A DNA stretch of 64,000 bases from Gemmatimonadota bacterium. GTDB taxonomy: Bacteria; Gemmatimonadota; Gemmatimonadetes; Palauibacterales; KS3-K002. The notes under the pieces are model-generated. The model was given only the letters and a program-made list of their open reading frames with translations, searched no databases and was not told the origin of the DNA. Position 1 is the first letter of the stretch. Each line of letters opens with the position of its first letter. The translations under genes and the position numbers were made by a program. Positions 1 through 7,950 of the stretch are shown one piece after another. Where the stretch lies: positions 4,403 through 68,402 of the forward strand of contig JAZGAL010000175.1 in assembly GCA_036475815.1 (NCBI GenBank), read 5' to 3'.

Positions 1-368
1 GCGGCGAGCTGTACGTGAACGGGGTGCGCCAGGCGGAGGCGTACGTGCAGCATATACACCCTGACGGCGATTACTACGACCGGCAGTTCGAGTGGCAGCG
101 ACGCTACCTTGCACCCGAAGTGGACGTCGACACCTATCGCCCGACGCGTGACGATTGGGGCCCGATCGTTGTCCCGGAGAGAAAATACTTCGTGATGGGC
201 GACAACCGTGACAACTCGCAAGACTCGCGCTACTGGGGATTCGTGGACCGGGGCTTGATTAAAGGGCAACCTTTGTTCATTTACTACTCGTACGATGCCA
301 ACGAGCTTCGACCGCTGCCGTGGCTGACCGAGGTGAGGTGGGGCCGGATCGGGGATCTGGTTCGATAG
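1..368 (+). CDS. lepB: signal peptidase I, C-terminal part (5' end lies outside the window)
   Basis: Frame-3 ORF is open from the window edge (GELYVNGVRQ...). It carries S26 family C-terminal boxes YFVMGDNRDNSQDSRYWGFV. It is paralogous to the next ORF. Confidence 0.85.
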   Translation, partial: GELYVNGVRQAEAYVQHIHPDGDYYDRQFEWQRRYLAPEVDVDTYRPTRDDWGPIVVPERKYFVMGDNRDNSQDSRYWGFVDRGLIKGQPLFIYYSYDANELRPLPWLTEVRWGRIGDLVR

Positions 369-529
369 GGCCGTCTTGGGTAGGTTCATCTATCCCAGCG
401 CATCGCCGGGTTGGCAGCGAGGGACGACCGGCCCGATGGCCGGCGTGGACCCTCGGAAGCGTTATGAGGTACACTTAGGAGTGCGCTGCGGTCATTGCTT
501 CCGGTAGCGCGGCGGATCGACGGGGAAGA

Positions 530-1294
530 TTGATGCCGAAGAATCAAGACAAGGCTGACAAGAAAGTACAGGAAGAGCTGCGGGAGCAGCAGAGCGGACA
601 CGCGGCGCAGGGCACGGGTCGCTGGCTCTGGGAGTGGGTCAAGTCGATCTCCGTGGCGATCCTGTTGTTCCTCATCATTCGGACATTCGCGGTAGAAGCC
701 TTCAAGATCCCCACCGGCTCCATGGAGAAGACCTTGCTGGTCGGGGATTTCCTTCTGGTGAACAAGGCCGTATATGGGGCGCAGGTCCCGTTCACGGGTT
801 TGCGGTTGCCCGCGTTCGAGAGTCCCGAGCGAGGCGATGTGGTCGTGTTCGAGTTTCCGCTCGATCGCTCTAAGAACTATGTGAAGCGGGTTGTCGCCCT
901 GCCGGGCGACAGAGTTGCGATGCGCCGCGGGCAGTTGTATGTGAATGGGGTGCGGCAGGACGAGGGGTATGTGCAGCACACGCAGCCCGGCGGCGATTAC
1001 TACGATCCCCAGTTCGAATGGCAGCGGAACTTCCTCGCGACTGAGGTTGACGCCAGCACGTATCGGCCGACGCGCGATGACTGGGGCCCAATCATCGTCC
1101 CGGAGGCGAACTACTTCGTGATGGGCGACAACCGGGACAATTCGCAGGACTCCCGCTACTGGGGATTCGTGCACCGGAGTATGATCAAGGGGCAGCCCCT
1201 GGTCATTTATTATTCTTTCGATCGTAGCAAGCTTCGACCCCTGCCGTGGCTGACCGAAGTGAGATGGAGCCGGGTTGGCAACCTGGTCCGATAG
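530..1294 (+). CDS. lepB: signal peptidase I (second tandem copy)
   Basis: 254 aa with an N-terminal TM helix. Catalytic Ser box IPTGSMEKTL, Lys box YVKRVVALPGD and box E GDNRDNSQDSRYWGFV are present. TTG at 530 is followed by ATG at 533, with GGGGAAG 5 nt upstream of the ATG. Confidence 0.9.
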   Translation: MMPKNQDKADKKVQEELREQQSGHAAQGTGRWLWEWVKSISVAILLFLIIRTFAVEAFKIPTGSMEKTLLVGDFLLVNKAVYGAQVPFTGLRLPAFESPERGDVVVFEFPLDRSKNYVKRVVALPGDRVAMRRGQLYVNGVRQDEGYVQHTQPGGDYYDPQFEWQRNFLATEVDASTYRPTRDDWGPIIVPEANYFVMGDNRDNSQDSRYWGFVHRSMIKGQPLVIYYSFDRSKLRPLPWLTEVRWSRVGNLVR

Positions 1295-1360
1295 ATCAGG
1301 CCGGAGCAGACTCAAACCAACGAACATGCTGGGTCCTTTAGCGACATCGGGGTTTCGCGC

Positions 1361-2296
1361 TTGAGTCGAAAGGGGCAACAGAACATGCCCGACGGGGCCA
1401 GTCCTGAGGAACGGTCCGACGAAGGTGCCGGGTTCCTGCAGGCGTTCGGGCCGGCCCATCGGGCGGCTACACCACCGGGGTCACTCGACCAGTACCTGAG
1501 GGAGATCAGCAGCTACGCCCTCATCGACCGTGATGAGGAGGCTAATCTGGCGCGTCGCATTCGGTGTGACGACCGCGAGGCACTGGAGAAGCTGGTCAAC
1601 TCGAACCTCCGTTTCGTCGTCTCCATCGCCAAGAAGTACCAGAATCAGGGTGTCGCCCTCGCCGACCTGGTCAACGAGGGCAACCTGGGGCTGATCCGTG
1701 CCGCGGAGAAGTTCGACGAGACCCGAGGCGTGAAGTTCATCAGCTACGCCGTATGGTGGATCCGGCAGGCGATACTGCAGGCGCTGGCGGAGCAGTCGCG
1801 CATCGTGCGCGTCCCGCTCAACCGCGCCGGCGAGATCCACCGGATCGGCAAGCGGTCAAGCGCTCTGGTTCAGGAGCTGGGGCGCGAACCGACGGTGGCC
1901 GAGCTGGCGGAGGGACTGGACGTGGACGCGGACGAGCTGTACAAGACCATATCCATCGCCATGGCCCACCTCTCCCTGGATGCTCCGCTGGTCCCCGGCG
2001 AGGACAACAAGCTGCTCGACTACCTCCCCGACGAATACCGGCCCGGGCCCGAGCAGCAGGCGTTCGAGAAGGCGCTGAGGACGAACGTGGAGGAGGCGTT
2101 GTCGACGCTTAAGCCGCGTGAGGCCTTGATTCTGCGCCTCTACTACGGGCTGGACGGTGAAGATCCCATGACCCTCGAGCAGATCGGCGAGCAGCTGGGG
2201 GTCACGCGTGAGCGGGTGCGCCAGATCAAGGAGCGGGCCCTCGCCCGCCTCCGGCACGTCTCGCGGGCGCGCTCGCTGGAGAGCTTCCTGGGCTAG
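1361..2296 (+). CDS. RpoD-family sigma-70 factor, short form without region 1.1
   Basis: Region 1.2 (LDQYLREI), region 2 (NLRFVVSIAKKY...GNLGLIRAAEKFD...FISYAVWWIRQAI), region 3 and region 4 (TLEQIGEQLGVTRERVRQIKERAL) are recognisable. Start is uncertain: TTG 1361 or ATG 1385. Confidence 0.9.
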   Translation: MSRKGQQNMPDGASPEERSDEGAGFLQAFGPAHRAATPPGSLDQYLREISSYALIDRDEEANLARRIRCDDREALEKLVNSNLRFVVSIAKKYQNQGVALADLVNEGNLGLIRAAEKFDETRGVKFISYAVWWIRQAILQALAEQSRIVRVPLNRAGEIHRIGKRSSALVQELGREPTVAELAEGLDVDADELYKTISIAMAHLSLDAPLVPGEDNKLLDYLPDEYRPGPEQQAFEKALRTNVEEALSTLKPREALILRLYYGLDGEDPMTLEQIGEQLGVTRERVRQIKERALARLRHVSRARSLESFLG

Positions 2297-2325
2297 CCGC
2301 CGGGCGCCCGCAGGCCCCAACTTCC

Positions 2326-2354
2326 TTGACATGGCAGGATTTGCCGAATATTCT
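2326..2354 (+). promoter_or_regulatory. candidate sigma-70 promoter for rplM-rpsI
   Basis: Perfect TTGACA (2326-2331), a 17-nt spacer, then TATTCT (2349-2354). It lies about 75 nt upstream of the rplM ATG in an intergenic region. Confidence 0.45.
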
Positions 2355-2429
2355 TCTCCGCTGTTCTAAAATGCGGAAACCTCGCTGCGGCCCTGGCTGC
2401 CGCGGTAGAATAATCTGTCTGGACGCGAG

Positions 2430-2888
2430 ATGGCAGAGTTGCTGACCAATTCGATGAAGACCCTGGTGGCGAAGCCGGAGGAAATCACCCGGCAGTGGTA
2501 CCTGGCGGACGCTGACGGCGTGGTTCTCGGCAGGCTCGCGGCCGAGATCGCAAAGGTGCTGCGGGGCAAGCACAAGCCGATCTTCACCCCGCACGTCGAC
2601 TGCGGCGACGGCGTAATCGTTGTGAACGCGGAGCGCGTGCGCTTGACGGGGAAGAAGGCGGAGCAGAAGGTGTACTTCCGCCACAGCGGCTACATGGGCG
2701 GGGCCAAGTTGATACCGTTCAAGCGCATGCTGGATCGGCGCCCCGAGTTCGTGATCCAGAGGGCCGTGCGGGGCATGTTGCCGAAGACCACCCTGGGCCG
2801 GCAGATGGCGAAGAAGCTGCGCGTCTATGCCGGGCCTGAGCACCCGCATAAGGGGCTGGCCACGCAACCACTCGAGGTCAAATCTTAA
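2430..2888 (+). CDS. rplM: 50S ribosomal protein L13
   Basis: 152 aa. [38 protein letters not shown] is typical L13. Followed by rpsI as usual. Confidence 0.97.
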   Translation: MAELLTNSMKTLVAKPEEITRQWYLADADGVVLGRLAAEIAKVLRGKHKPIFTPHVDCGDGVIVVNAERVRLTGKKAEQKVYFRHSGYMGGAKLIPFKRMLDRRPEFVIQRAVRGMLPKTTLGRQMAKKLRVYAGPEHPHKGLATQPLEVKS

Positions 2889-2900
2889 GGTGACGTCCCG

Positions 2901-2940
2901 CGATCACAATCACGATCACAATCACAATCACAATCACAAT
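2901..2940. repeat. hexanucleotide microsatellite (CRATCA)x6.7 in the rplM-rpsI spacer
   Basis: Read directly: cgatca caatca cgatca caatca caatca caatca caat. It is G-poor and AT-rich relative to the genome. It is flanked by TGACGT (2891-2896) and ACGTCA (2948-2953). Confidence 0.9.
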
Positions 2941-2957
2941 ATCGGTAACGTCAAGAC

Positions 2958-3365
2958 ATGATCGGTAAAAAACTAGACGACGGGCGGGTTCATGCGGTGG
3001 GCCGTCGGAAGACGTCCGTCGCTCGGGTCTTTATCCAGCGAGGTAAGGGCGAGTGGCGGATCAACAGGCGCTCGATTTCCGACTACTTCCCACGTGAGGC
3101 GTACCGGTTGTTCCTGGAGCAGCCGTTCCAGGCTACGGACACGGTTGGGGAGTATGATGTGATGGTCAACGTGCACGGCGGTGGACTCACGGGCCAGGCG
3201 GGCGCGATCCGGTTGGGTGTGGCCCGGGCGCTGCTGGTCGAGGATGAGGATCGCCGGTCGTCGTTGCGTCGAGAGGGACTGCTCACTAGAGACCCGAGGC
3301 GCGTCGAGCGCAAGAAGTACGGTCAGCCGAAGGCGCGCAAGCGTTTCCAGTTCAGCAAGCGGTAA
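2958..3365 (+). CDS. rpsI: 30S ribosomal protein S9
   Basis: 135 aa. GRRKTSVARV near the N-terminus and the C-terminal KKYGQPKARKRFQFSKR signature. Confidence 0.97.
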   Translation: MIGKKLDDGRVHAVGRRKTSVARVFIQRGKGEWRINRRSISDYFPREAYRLFLEQPFQATDTVGEYDVMVNVHGGGLTGQAGAIRLGVARALLVEDEDRRSSLRREGLLTRDPRRVERKKYGQPKARKRFQFSKR

Positions 3366-3434
3366 TTGCGGGCGTCGTCGCGATCACGTTGGCAGGGCGA
3401 TTGGGCCGCACGCACGGAGCGGTCGGCTCCACTT

Positions 3435-3455
3435 AACACTGAACACTGATTACTG
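3435..3455 (+). repeat. three tandem heptamers (AACACTG AACACTG ATTACTG) just upstream of the rpsB ATG
   Basis: Read directly at 3435-3455. The ATG is at 3459. There is no GGAGG-like Shine-Dalgarno in the last 25 nt. Confidence 0.6.
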
Positions 3456-3458
3456 CTT

Positions 3459-4409
3459 ATGAGTGTAGGACTCCAGGATCTTCTGCAAGCCGGGGTGCAC
3501 TTCGGTCACCAGACGCGCAGGTGGAATCCGAAGATGCGCCGCTACATCTTCGCGCAGCGGGGTGGCATCTACATCATCGATCTGAAGAAGACGCTCCGCG
3601 AGCTCGAGCGGGCCAAGGCGTTGATTCGGGATGTCGTTCACCACGGCGGGTCGGTGCTGTTTGTCTGCACAAAGTCGCAATTGAACGAGGTCATCCGGTC
3701 GGAAGCCGAGCGGTCCGACGCGTACTATGTGACCGAGCGCTGGCTGGGCGGGATGCTCACCAACTTCCAGACGATCAAGAAGAACATCCGTCGGCTGAAA
3801 GAACTGGAGCGCGGTGCGGAAGAGGGCGCCTTCGAGTTCTACACTAAGAAAGAGAAGCTCCTCCTCGAACGTGAGCGGGAGAAGCTGGACCGTTATTTGT
3901 CCGGGGTCAAGGACATGACGCGACTGCCGGGCGCGCTCTTCGTGGTGGACTCGCGGAAAGAGTATATCGCCGTCGCGGAGGCGAACAAGCTAGGTATCCC
4001 GGTCGTTGCCATCGCCGATACGAACGCCGATCCGGACCTGCTGACAGTGCCGATCGCGGGCAACGACGATGCGATCCGCTCGGTCTCACTTATCGCGCGC
4101 GAGATCGCCGACACCGTCCAGGCCGCGATGGCTGAAGTGCCGGCAGAGCTGCGGGCGGCCGCCGCCGCGGAGGAGGAAGGGGAGGTCTTCACGTACTCCA
4201 GCGACTCGGCGGTGGCCGTGACGGAGCGAGGGGCGGGCCGGCCAGCGCGCAAGCGACGGCGGCCGCGGCCGGAGGTGATCGCCGCTCATCGCCCGCAGGC
4301 GGAGGGTGCGCAGGGCGGTGGCCCCGCTATTGAAGCCGCGGCTGAAGGCGCTGAAGAAGGAGGGCCGGCGGAAGCTGATGATGACACGGGCGATGGCAGC
4401 AGCGAATGA
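3459..4409 (+). CDS. rpsB: 30S ribosomal protein S2 with a long low-complexity C-terminal tail
   Basis: 316 aa. The N-terminus LLQAGVHFGHQTRRWNPKM is classic S2. The last ~80 aa are an Ala/Glu/Gly-rich extension with a KRRRPRP patch. Confidence 0.97.
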   Translation: MSVGLQDLLQAGVHFGHQTRRWNPKMRRYIFAQRGGIYIIDLKKTLRELERAKALIRDVVHHGGSVLFVCTKSQLNEVIRSEAERSDAYYVTERWLGGMLTNFQTIKKNIRRLKELERGAEEGAFEFYTKKEKLLLEREREKLDRYLSGVKDMTRLPGALFVVDSRKEYIAVAEANKLGIPVVAIADTNADPDLLTVPIAGNDDAIRSVSLIAREIADTVQAAMAEVPAELRAAAAAEEEGEVFTYSSDSAVAVTERGAGRPARKRRRPRPEVIAAHRPQAEGAQGGGPAIEAAAEGAEEGGPAEADDDTGDGSSE

Positions 4410-4421
4410 TGATCGTTGACG

Positions 4422-4444
4422 GGGCCACTTCGGTGGCCCTTTTT
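4422..4444 (+). terminator. intrinsic terminator or attenuator between rpsB and tsf
   Basis: GGGCCAC-TTCG-GTGGCCC (7-bp GC stem, UUCG tetraloop) is followed by TTTTT. It lies 13 nt after the rpsB stop. Confidence 0.8.
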
Positions 4445-4466
4445 GTGAAGGTGTAACAAATACCGG

Positions 4467-5069
4467 ATGAAGATGAGCGAGATCAAGGCGGCGGAGGTGA
4501 AGGCGCTCAGGGAGCGCACGGGCGCGGGGATGATGGACTGCAAGCGCGCGCTTCAGGAGACGAATGGAGATGCGGAAGCGGCGGTCGAGTGGCTGCGCAA
4601 GAAGGGTGTGGCGGCGGCGGAAAAGCGAGTCGGGCGTGAGGCCCGGGAGGGAGTAATCGAGGCTTACATCCACCACTCCCGCAATGTCGGTGTGCTGCTC
4701 GAGCTCAACTCTGAAACCGATTTCGTGGCACGCAACGCCGAGTTTCAGGAGCTCGCCCGCGATATCGCGATGCAGATTGCCGCGACCGATCCCGTCGCGG
4801 TCTCTCGTGAGGGCGTGCCGGAGGATGTGGTCGAGCGCGAGCGGGCAATCTTTCTAGCGCAGGTCAAGGAGCAGGGGAAGCCCGACCACATCGCCGATAA
4901 GATCGTGGATGGCAAGTTGCGGAAGTTCTTCGAGGAGCGTACGCTGCTCGAGCAGAAATACGTGAAGGATCCAGCAATCACGGTGGCCGATCGCATCTCG
5001 CAGACCCAGAGCAGGCTTGGCGAGAAGATCGTCGTCGCGCGGTTCGTGCGCTACAAGGTAGGTGAATAG
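4467..5069 (+). CDS. tsf: elongation factor Ts (short form)
   Basis: 200 aa. The UBA-like N-terminus [19 protein letters not shown] is present. Conserved position after rpsB. Confidence 0.95.
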   Translation: MKMSEIKAAEVKALRERTGAGMMDCKRALQETNGDAEAAVEWLRKKGVAAAEKRVGREAREGVIEAYIHHSRNVGVLLELNSETDFVARNAEFQELARDIAMQIAATDPVAVSREGVPEDVVERERAIFLAQVKEQGKPDHIADKIVDGKLRKFFEERTLLEQKYVKDPAITVADRISQTQSRLGEKIVVARFVRYKVGE

Positions 5070-5071
5070 TC

Positions 5072-5806
5072 GTGACGGGCTCGGAACTGCGATACCGGCG
5101 CGTACTCTTGAAGCTGTCGGGCGAATCGCTGGCGGGCGGTGAAGCTTTCGGGATATCGCTGCCGGCGGTCGATCGGCTGACAGAGGAGATCAAGGTGGTC
5201 CGCGATGCCGGCGTCGCTTTGGGGCTGGTGGTCGGCGGCGGCAACATAGTGCGCGGAGCGGTGGCGGCGGAGGGCGGAATGGACAGGGTCTCCGCCGACT
5301 ACATGGGCATGCTGGCCACGGTTATCAACGCTCTCGCGGTCCAAGACATGCTGGAGAAGAAGGGCGTCGAGACGCGGGTGTTGAGCGCCATCCGTATGGA
5401 AGCGCTCGCGGAGCCGTACATCCGCAGGCGGGCGCTCCGCCACCTGGAGAAGGGGAGGGTGGTGCTCTTTGCAGCCGGGACCGGCAACCCGTATTTTTCA
5501 ACGGATACGGCGGCCGTTCTGCGGGCGATCGAGATGGAAGCCGAGTTGATCATCAAGGCTACGAAGGTTGATGGTGTGCATTCGGCGGATCCTATGACGG
5601 ATCCGACTGCGGAGTTGATCCCCGAGATTTCGTTCTTGGAAGTGATGACACGCGAGCTGGGAGTGATGGACGCGACGGCGATCTCGCTTTGCAAGGACAA
5701 CGACCTGCCTGTGATCGTGTTGAATATCCAACGCCCCGGCGCGGTGCTGGCGGCGGCACGCGGCGAGCAGGTGGGCACCCTGATCTCCGGTAAGGCGAAC
5801 TCATGA
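5072..5806 (+). CDS. pyrH: UMP kinase
   Basis: GTG start 2 nt after the tsf stop. [11 protein letters not shown] and VVGGGN motifs are present. 244 aa. Confidence 0.95.
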   Translation: MTGSELRYRRVLLKLSGESLAGGEAFGISLPAVDRLTEEIKVVRDAGVALGLVVGGGNIVRGAVAAEGGMDRVSADYMGMLATVINALAVQDMLEKKGVETRVLSAIRMEALAEPYIRRRALRHLEKGRVVLFAAGTGNPYFSTDTAAVLRAIEMEAELIIKATKVDGVHSADPMTDPTAELIPEISFLEVMTRELGVMDATAISLCKDNDLPVIVLNIQRPGAVLAAARGEQVGTLISGKANS

Positions 5807-6354
5807 CCGATATCAAGCAGGCCCGTGCCCGGATGAACGATGCGCTGGAGGCGATGCGGCGCGAGTTCGCGTCGGTTCGAACCGGCAAGGCGACGCCGGC
5901 GCTGCTGGAGCATGTGCGAGTCCATGCCTACGAGACGCAGATGCCGCTGGAGCAGTTGTCGACCATCAGTGCGCCGGAGCCACGAATGCTGGTCGTGCAG
6001 CCCTGGGACAAGAGCCTGATGGGCGCGATCGAGAAAGCTATCCAGAGCTCGGACCTGGGTTTGAACCCGTCCAACGACGGTGCCGTCATCCACGTGCCGA
6101 TCCCGCCGCTGAACGAAGAGCGCCGGCGTGAGCTGGTGAAGGTTCTTCACAAGATGGCGGAAGAGGGGTACATCTCCGTGCGTACCGCCCGCCGTTCGGC
6201 GAACGACGAGATCAAGGAGGAGATGAAGGATGGCGAGATCTCCGAGGACGAGGGCCATCGGGTGATGGATGAGATTCAGAAGATGACCGACGACTACGTG
6301 AAAAAGATCGACGCCCTTCTCAAGGCCAAAGAAGACGAAGTGCTCGAAGTCTGA
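5803..6354 (+). CDS. frr: ribosome recycling factor
   Basis: 183 aa. ATGA overlap with pyr[15 protein letters not shown] and [11 protein letters not shown] motifs are present. Confidence 0.95.
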   Translation: MTDIKQARARMNDALEAMRREFASVRTGKATPALLEHVRVHAYETQMPLEQLSTISAPEPRMLVVQPWDKSLMGAIEKAIQSSDLGLNPSNDGAVIHVPIPPLNEERRRELVKVLHKMAEEGYISVRTARRSANDEIKEEMKDGEISEDEGHRVMDEIQKMTDDYVKKIDALLKAKEDEVLEV

Positions 6355-6358
6355 ATCC

Positions 6359-7105
6359 ATGCCCTCTGAACGCCTCCAGAAAATCAAAGAGCTGAACGCG
6401 AGCCAGGTGCCGCGTCACGTCGCCATCATCATGGATGGCAACGGCCGCTGGGCGAAGGAGCACGGGTTGCCGCGTTCCGAAGGTCACAAGGCCGGCATGA
6501 AGTCCGTCAGGGAGGCTGTAGAAGGGTCGATCGAGGCGGGCGTCCAGGTTCTCACCCTCTTCGCGTTCTCTCAGGAGAACTGGCAACGACCCACCCGGGA
6601 GATCGCGTTCCTCTGGTCTTTGCTGCAGCGCTACGCCCGTTCCGAGTACAAGGACCTGGTCAAGAACGGCGTCGAGGTCCACATGGTGGGCGAGATCGAG
6701 CGCCTGGGGTTAACGGAACGCGCGGCGGTTCGCAAGATCATCGACGCCACCCGCGGAGGCAAGAACCTTCAACTTGTGGTCGCCCTGAGCTACGGTAGCC
6801 GCGGCGAGCTTGTCCGCGCAGCGCGCCGGCTGGCGGAGCGCGTCATGAGTGGCGAGCTGAAGCCGGAGGAGATCGATGAGACGACTTTTGCGGGTGAGCT
6901 CTACACGGCGCCGTGGCCGGACCCCGACCTCTTGATACGAACTTCGGGCGAGCATCGGATCTCCAATTTCTTGCTCTGGCAGGTCGCCTACGCCGAGCTG
7001 TACAGTACGCCGGTCCTCTGGCCGGATTTCACCCGCGAGACTCTTTACGAGGCGATTCTCGAGTACCGGAAGCGGGAACGCCGGTTCGGTAAGGTCTCAG
7101 CGTGA
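6359..7105 (+). CDS. uppS: isoprenyl transferase (undecaprenyl diphosphate synthase)
   Basis: HVAIIMDGNGRWA, LTLFAFSQENW and RTSGEHRISNFLLWQ motifs are present. 248 aa. Confidence 0.95.
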   Translation: MPSERLQKIKELNASQVPRHVAIIMDGNGRWAKEHGLPRSEGHKAGMKSVREAVEGSIEAGVQVLTLFAFSQENWQRPTREIAFLWSLLQRYARSEYKDLVKNGVEVHMVGEIERLGLTERAAVRKIIDATRGGKNLQLVVALSYGSRGELVRAARRLAERVMSGELKPEEIDETTFAGELYTAPWPDPDLLIRTSGEHRISNFLLWQVAYAELYSTPVLWPDFTRETLYEAILEYRKRERRFGKVSA

Positions 7106-7950
7106 TGGGGCGTTCCGGCGGCGATCTCGCGAAGCGTGTGGCGGTCGCATCGCTCGGCATCCCGATCACCGTGGCTCTGGCCTACCTGGGCGGCTATTGG
7201 CTGGCCGGTTTGCTGGCGCTGATGGCGTCGCTGGCCGCCTGGGAGTTCTGCGCCATGTACCGCGACCGGGGCCTGCCGTCTTCCCCGCTCACGGCCGGCC
7301 TGATGGCGCTGGTTTACATACTGCTGGCGGCGAGCATGCCCGTTCGGGAGTATACCGTATGGGCCACGGTCCTGACTCTGGTCGTGGCGGCGGCGCTGAT
7401 GCTCCGCACCGAGCCGGACTCGCGGCCCGGTTTGACCGCGATCATCACGCTGTTCGCCGCCGCGTACACCGGCGCTCTGCTCGTCTTCGGTCAGTGGCTG
7501 CGGGCCATCGACGGGACGGTGCCCAGCTGGCGGGGCGCGGCGATAATCTTCCTGCCGGTGGGCATCACTTGGCTGGGTGATACTGCAGCTTATTTCGTTG
7601 GACGGGCGGTCGGCCGTCACAAGCTGGCCCCCACTATCAGCCCGAAGAAGACCTGGGAGGGCGCGGTGGCGGGATTCCTGGCGACGGTTGTGGGCGCGGC
7701 GCTCTGGGTCGCGCTGACGCAGCCCCTGGTGTCGTGGACGATGACCTTGCTCGAGGTCGTTGGCCTTGGCGCAGCCGTCGCGGTGGCGGGTCAGATAGGC
7801 GATCTGTTCGAGTCGCGGTTCAAGCGCGACTGCGATGTGAAAGACAGCTCGAACCTGTTGCCCGGCCACGGCGGGGTTCTGGATCGGCTGGACGCGCTGC
7901 TCTTCGCGTTCCCGGTCACCTACGCGTACCTCGGCCTCGTGGGGGTGTGA
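7102..7950 (+). CDS. cdsA: phosphatidate cytidylyltransferase
   Basis: 282 aa polytopic membrane protein. The C-terminal signature SRFKRDCDVKDSSNLLPGHGGVLDRLD is present. Overlaps the uppS stop. Confidence 0.9.
   Translation: MMGRSGGDLAKRVAVASLGIPITVALAYLGGYWLAGLLALMASLAAWEFCAMYRDRGLPSSPLTAGLMALVYILLAASMPVREYTVWATVLTLVVAAALMLRTEPDSRPGLTAIITLFAAAYTGALLVFGQWLRAIDGTVPSWRGAAIIFLPVGITWLGDTAAYFVGRAVGRHKLAPTISPKKTWEGAVAGFLATVVGAALWVALTQPLVSWTMTLLEVVGLGAAVAVAGQIGDLFESRFKRDCDVKDSSNLLPGHGGVLDRLDALLFAFPVTYAYLGLVGV

Noticed and set aside
386-1459. 357-aa minus-strand ORF antisense to lepB
   Set aside because: It fully overlaps a well-supported lepB gene. The translation is Arg/Pro/Gly-rich with no recognisable motifs. 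Such long antisense ORFs are expected in high-GC DNA.
2901-2940. Hexamer repeat considered as a CRISPR or other spaced-repeat array
   Set aside because: The units are 6 nt and contiguous with no spacers. No cas genes are present. It is a microsatellite.
5299-6387. 362-aa minus-strand ORF antisense to pyrH and frr
   Set aside because: It overlaps two conserved genes. The protein is low-complexity with no family resemblance. It is a high-GC artefact.
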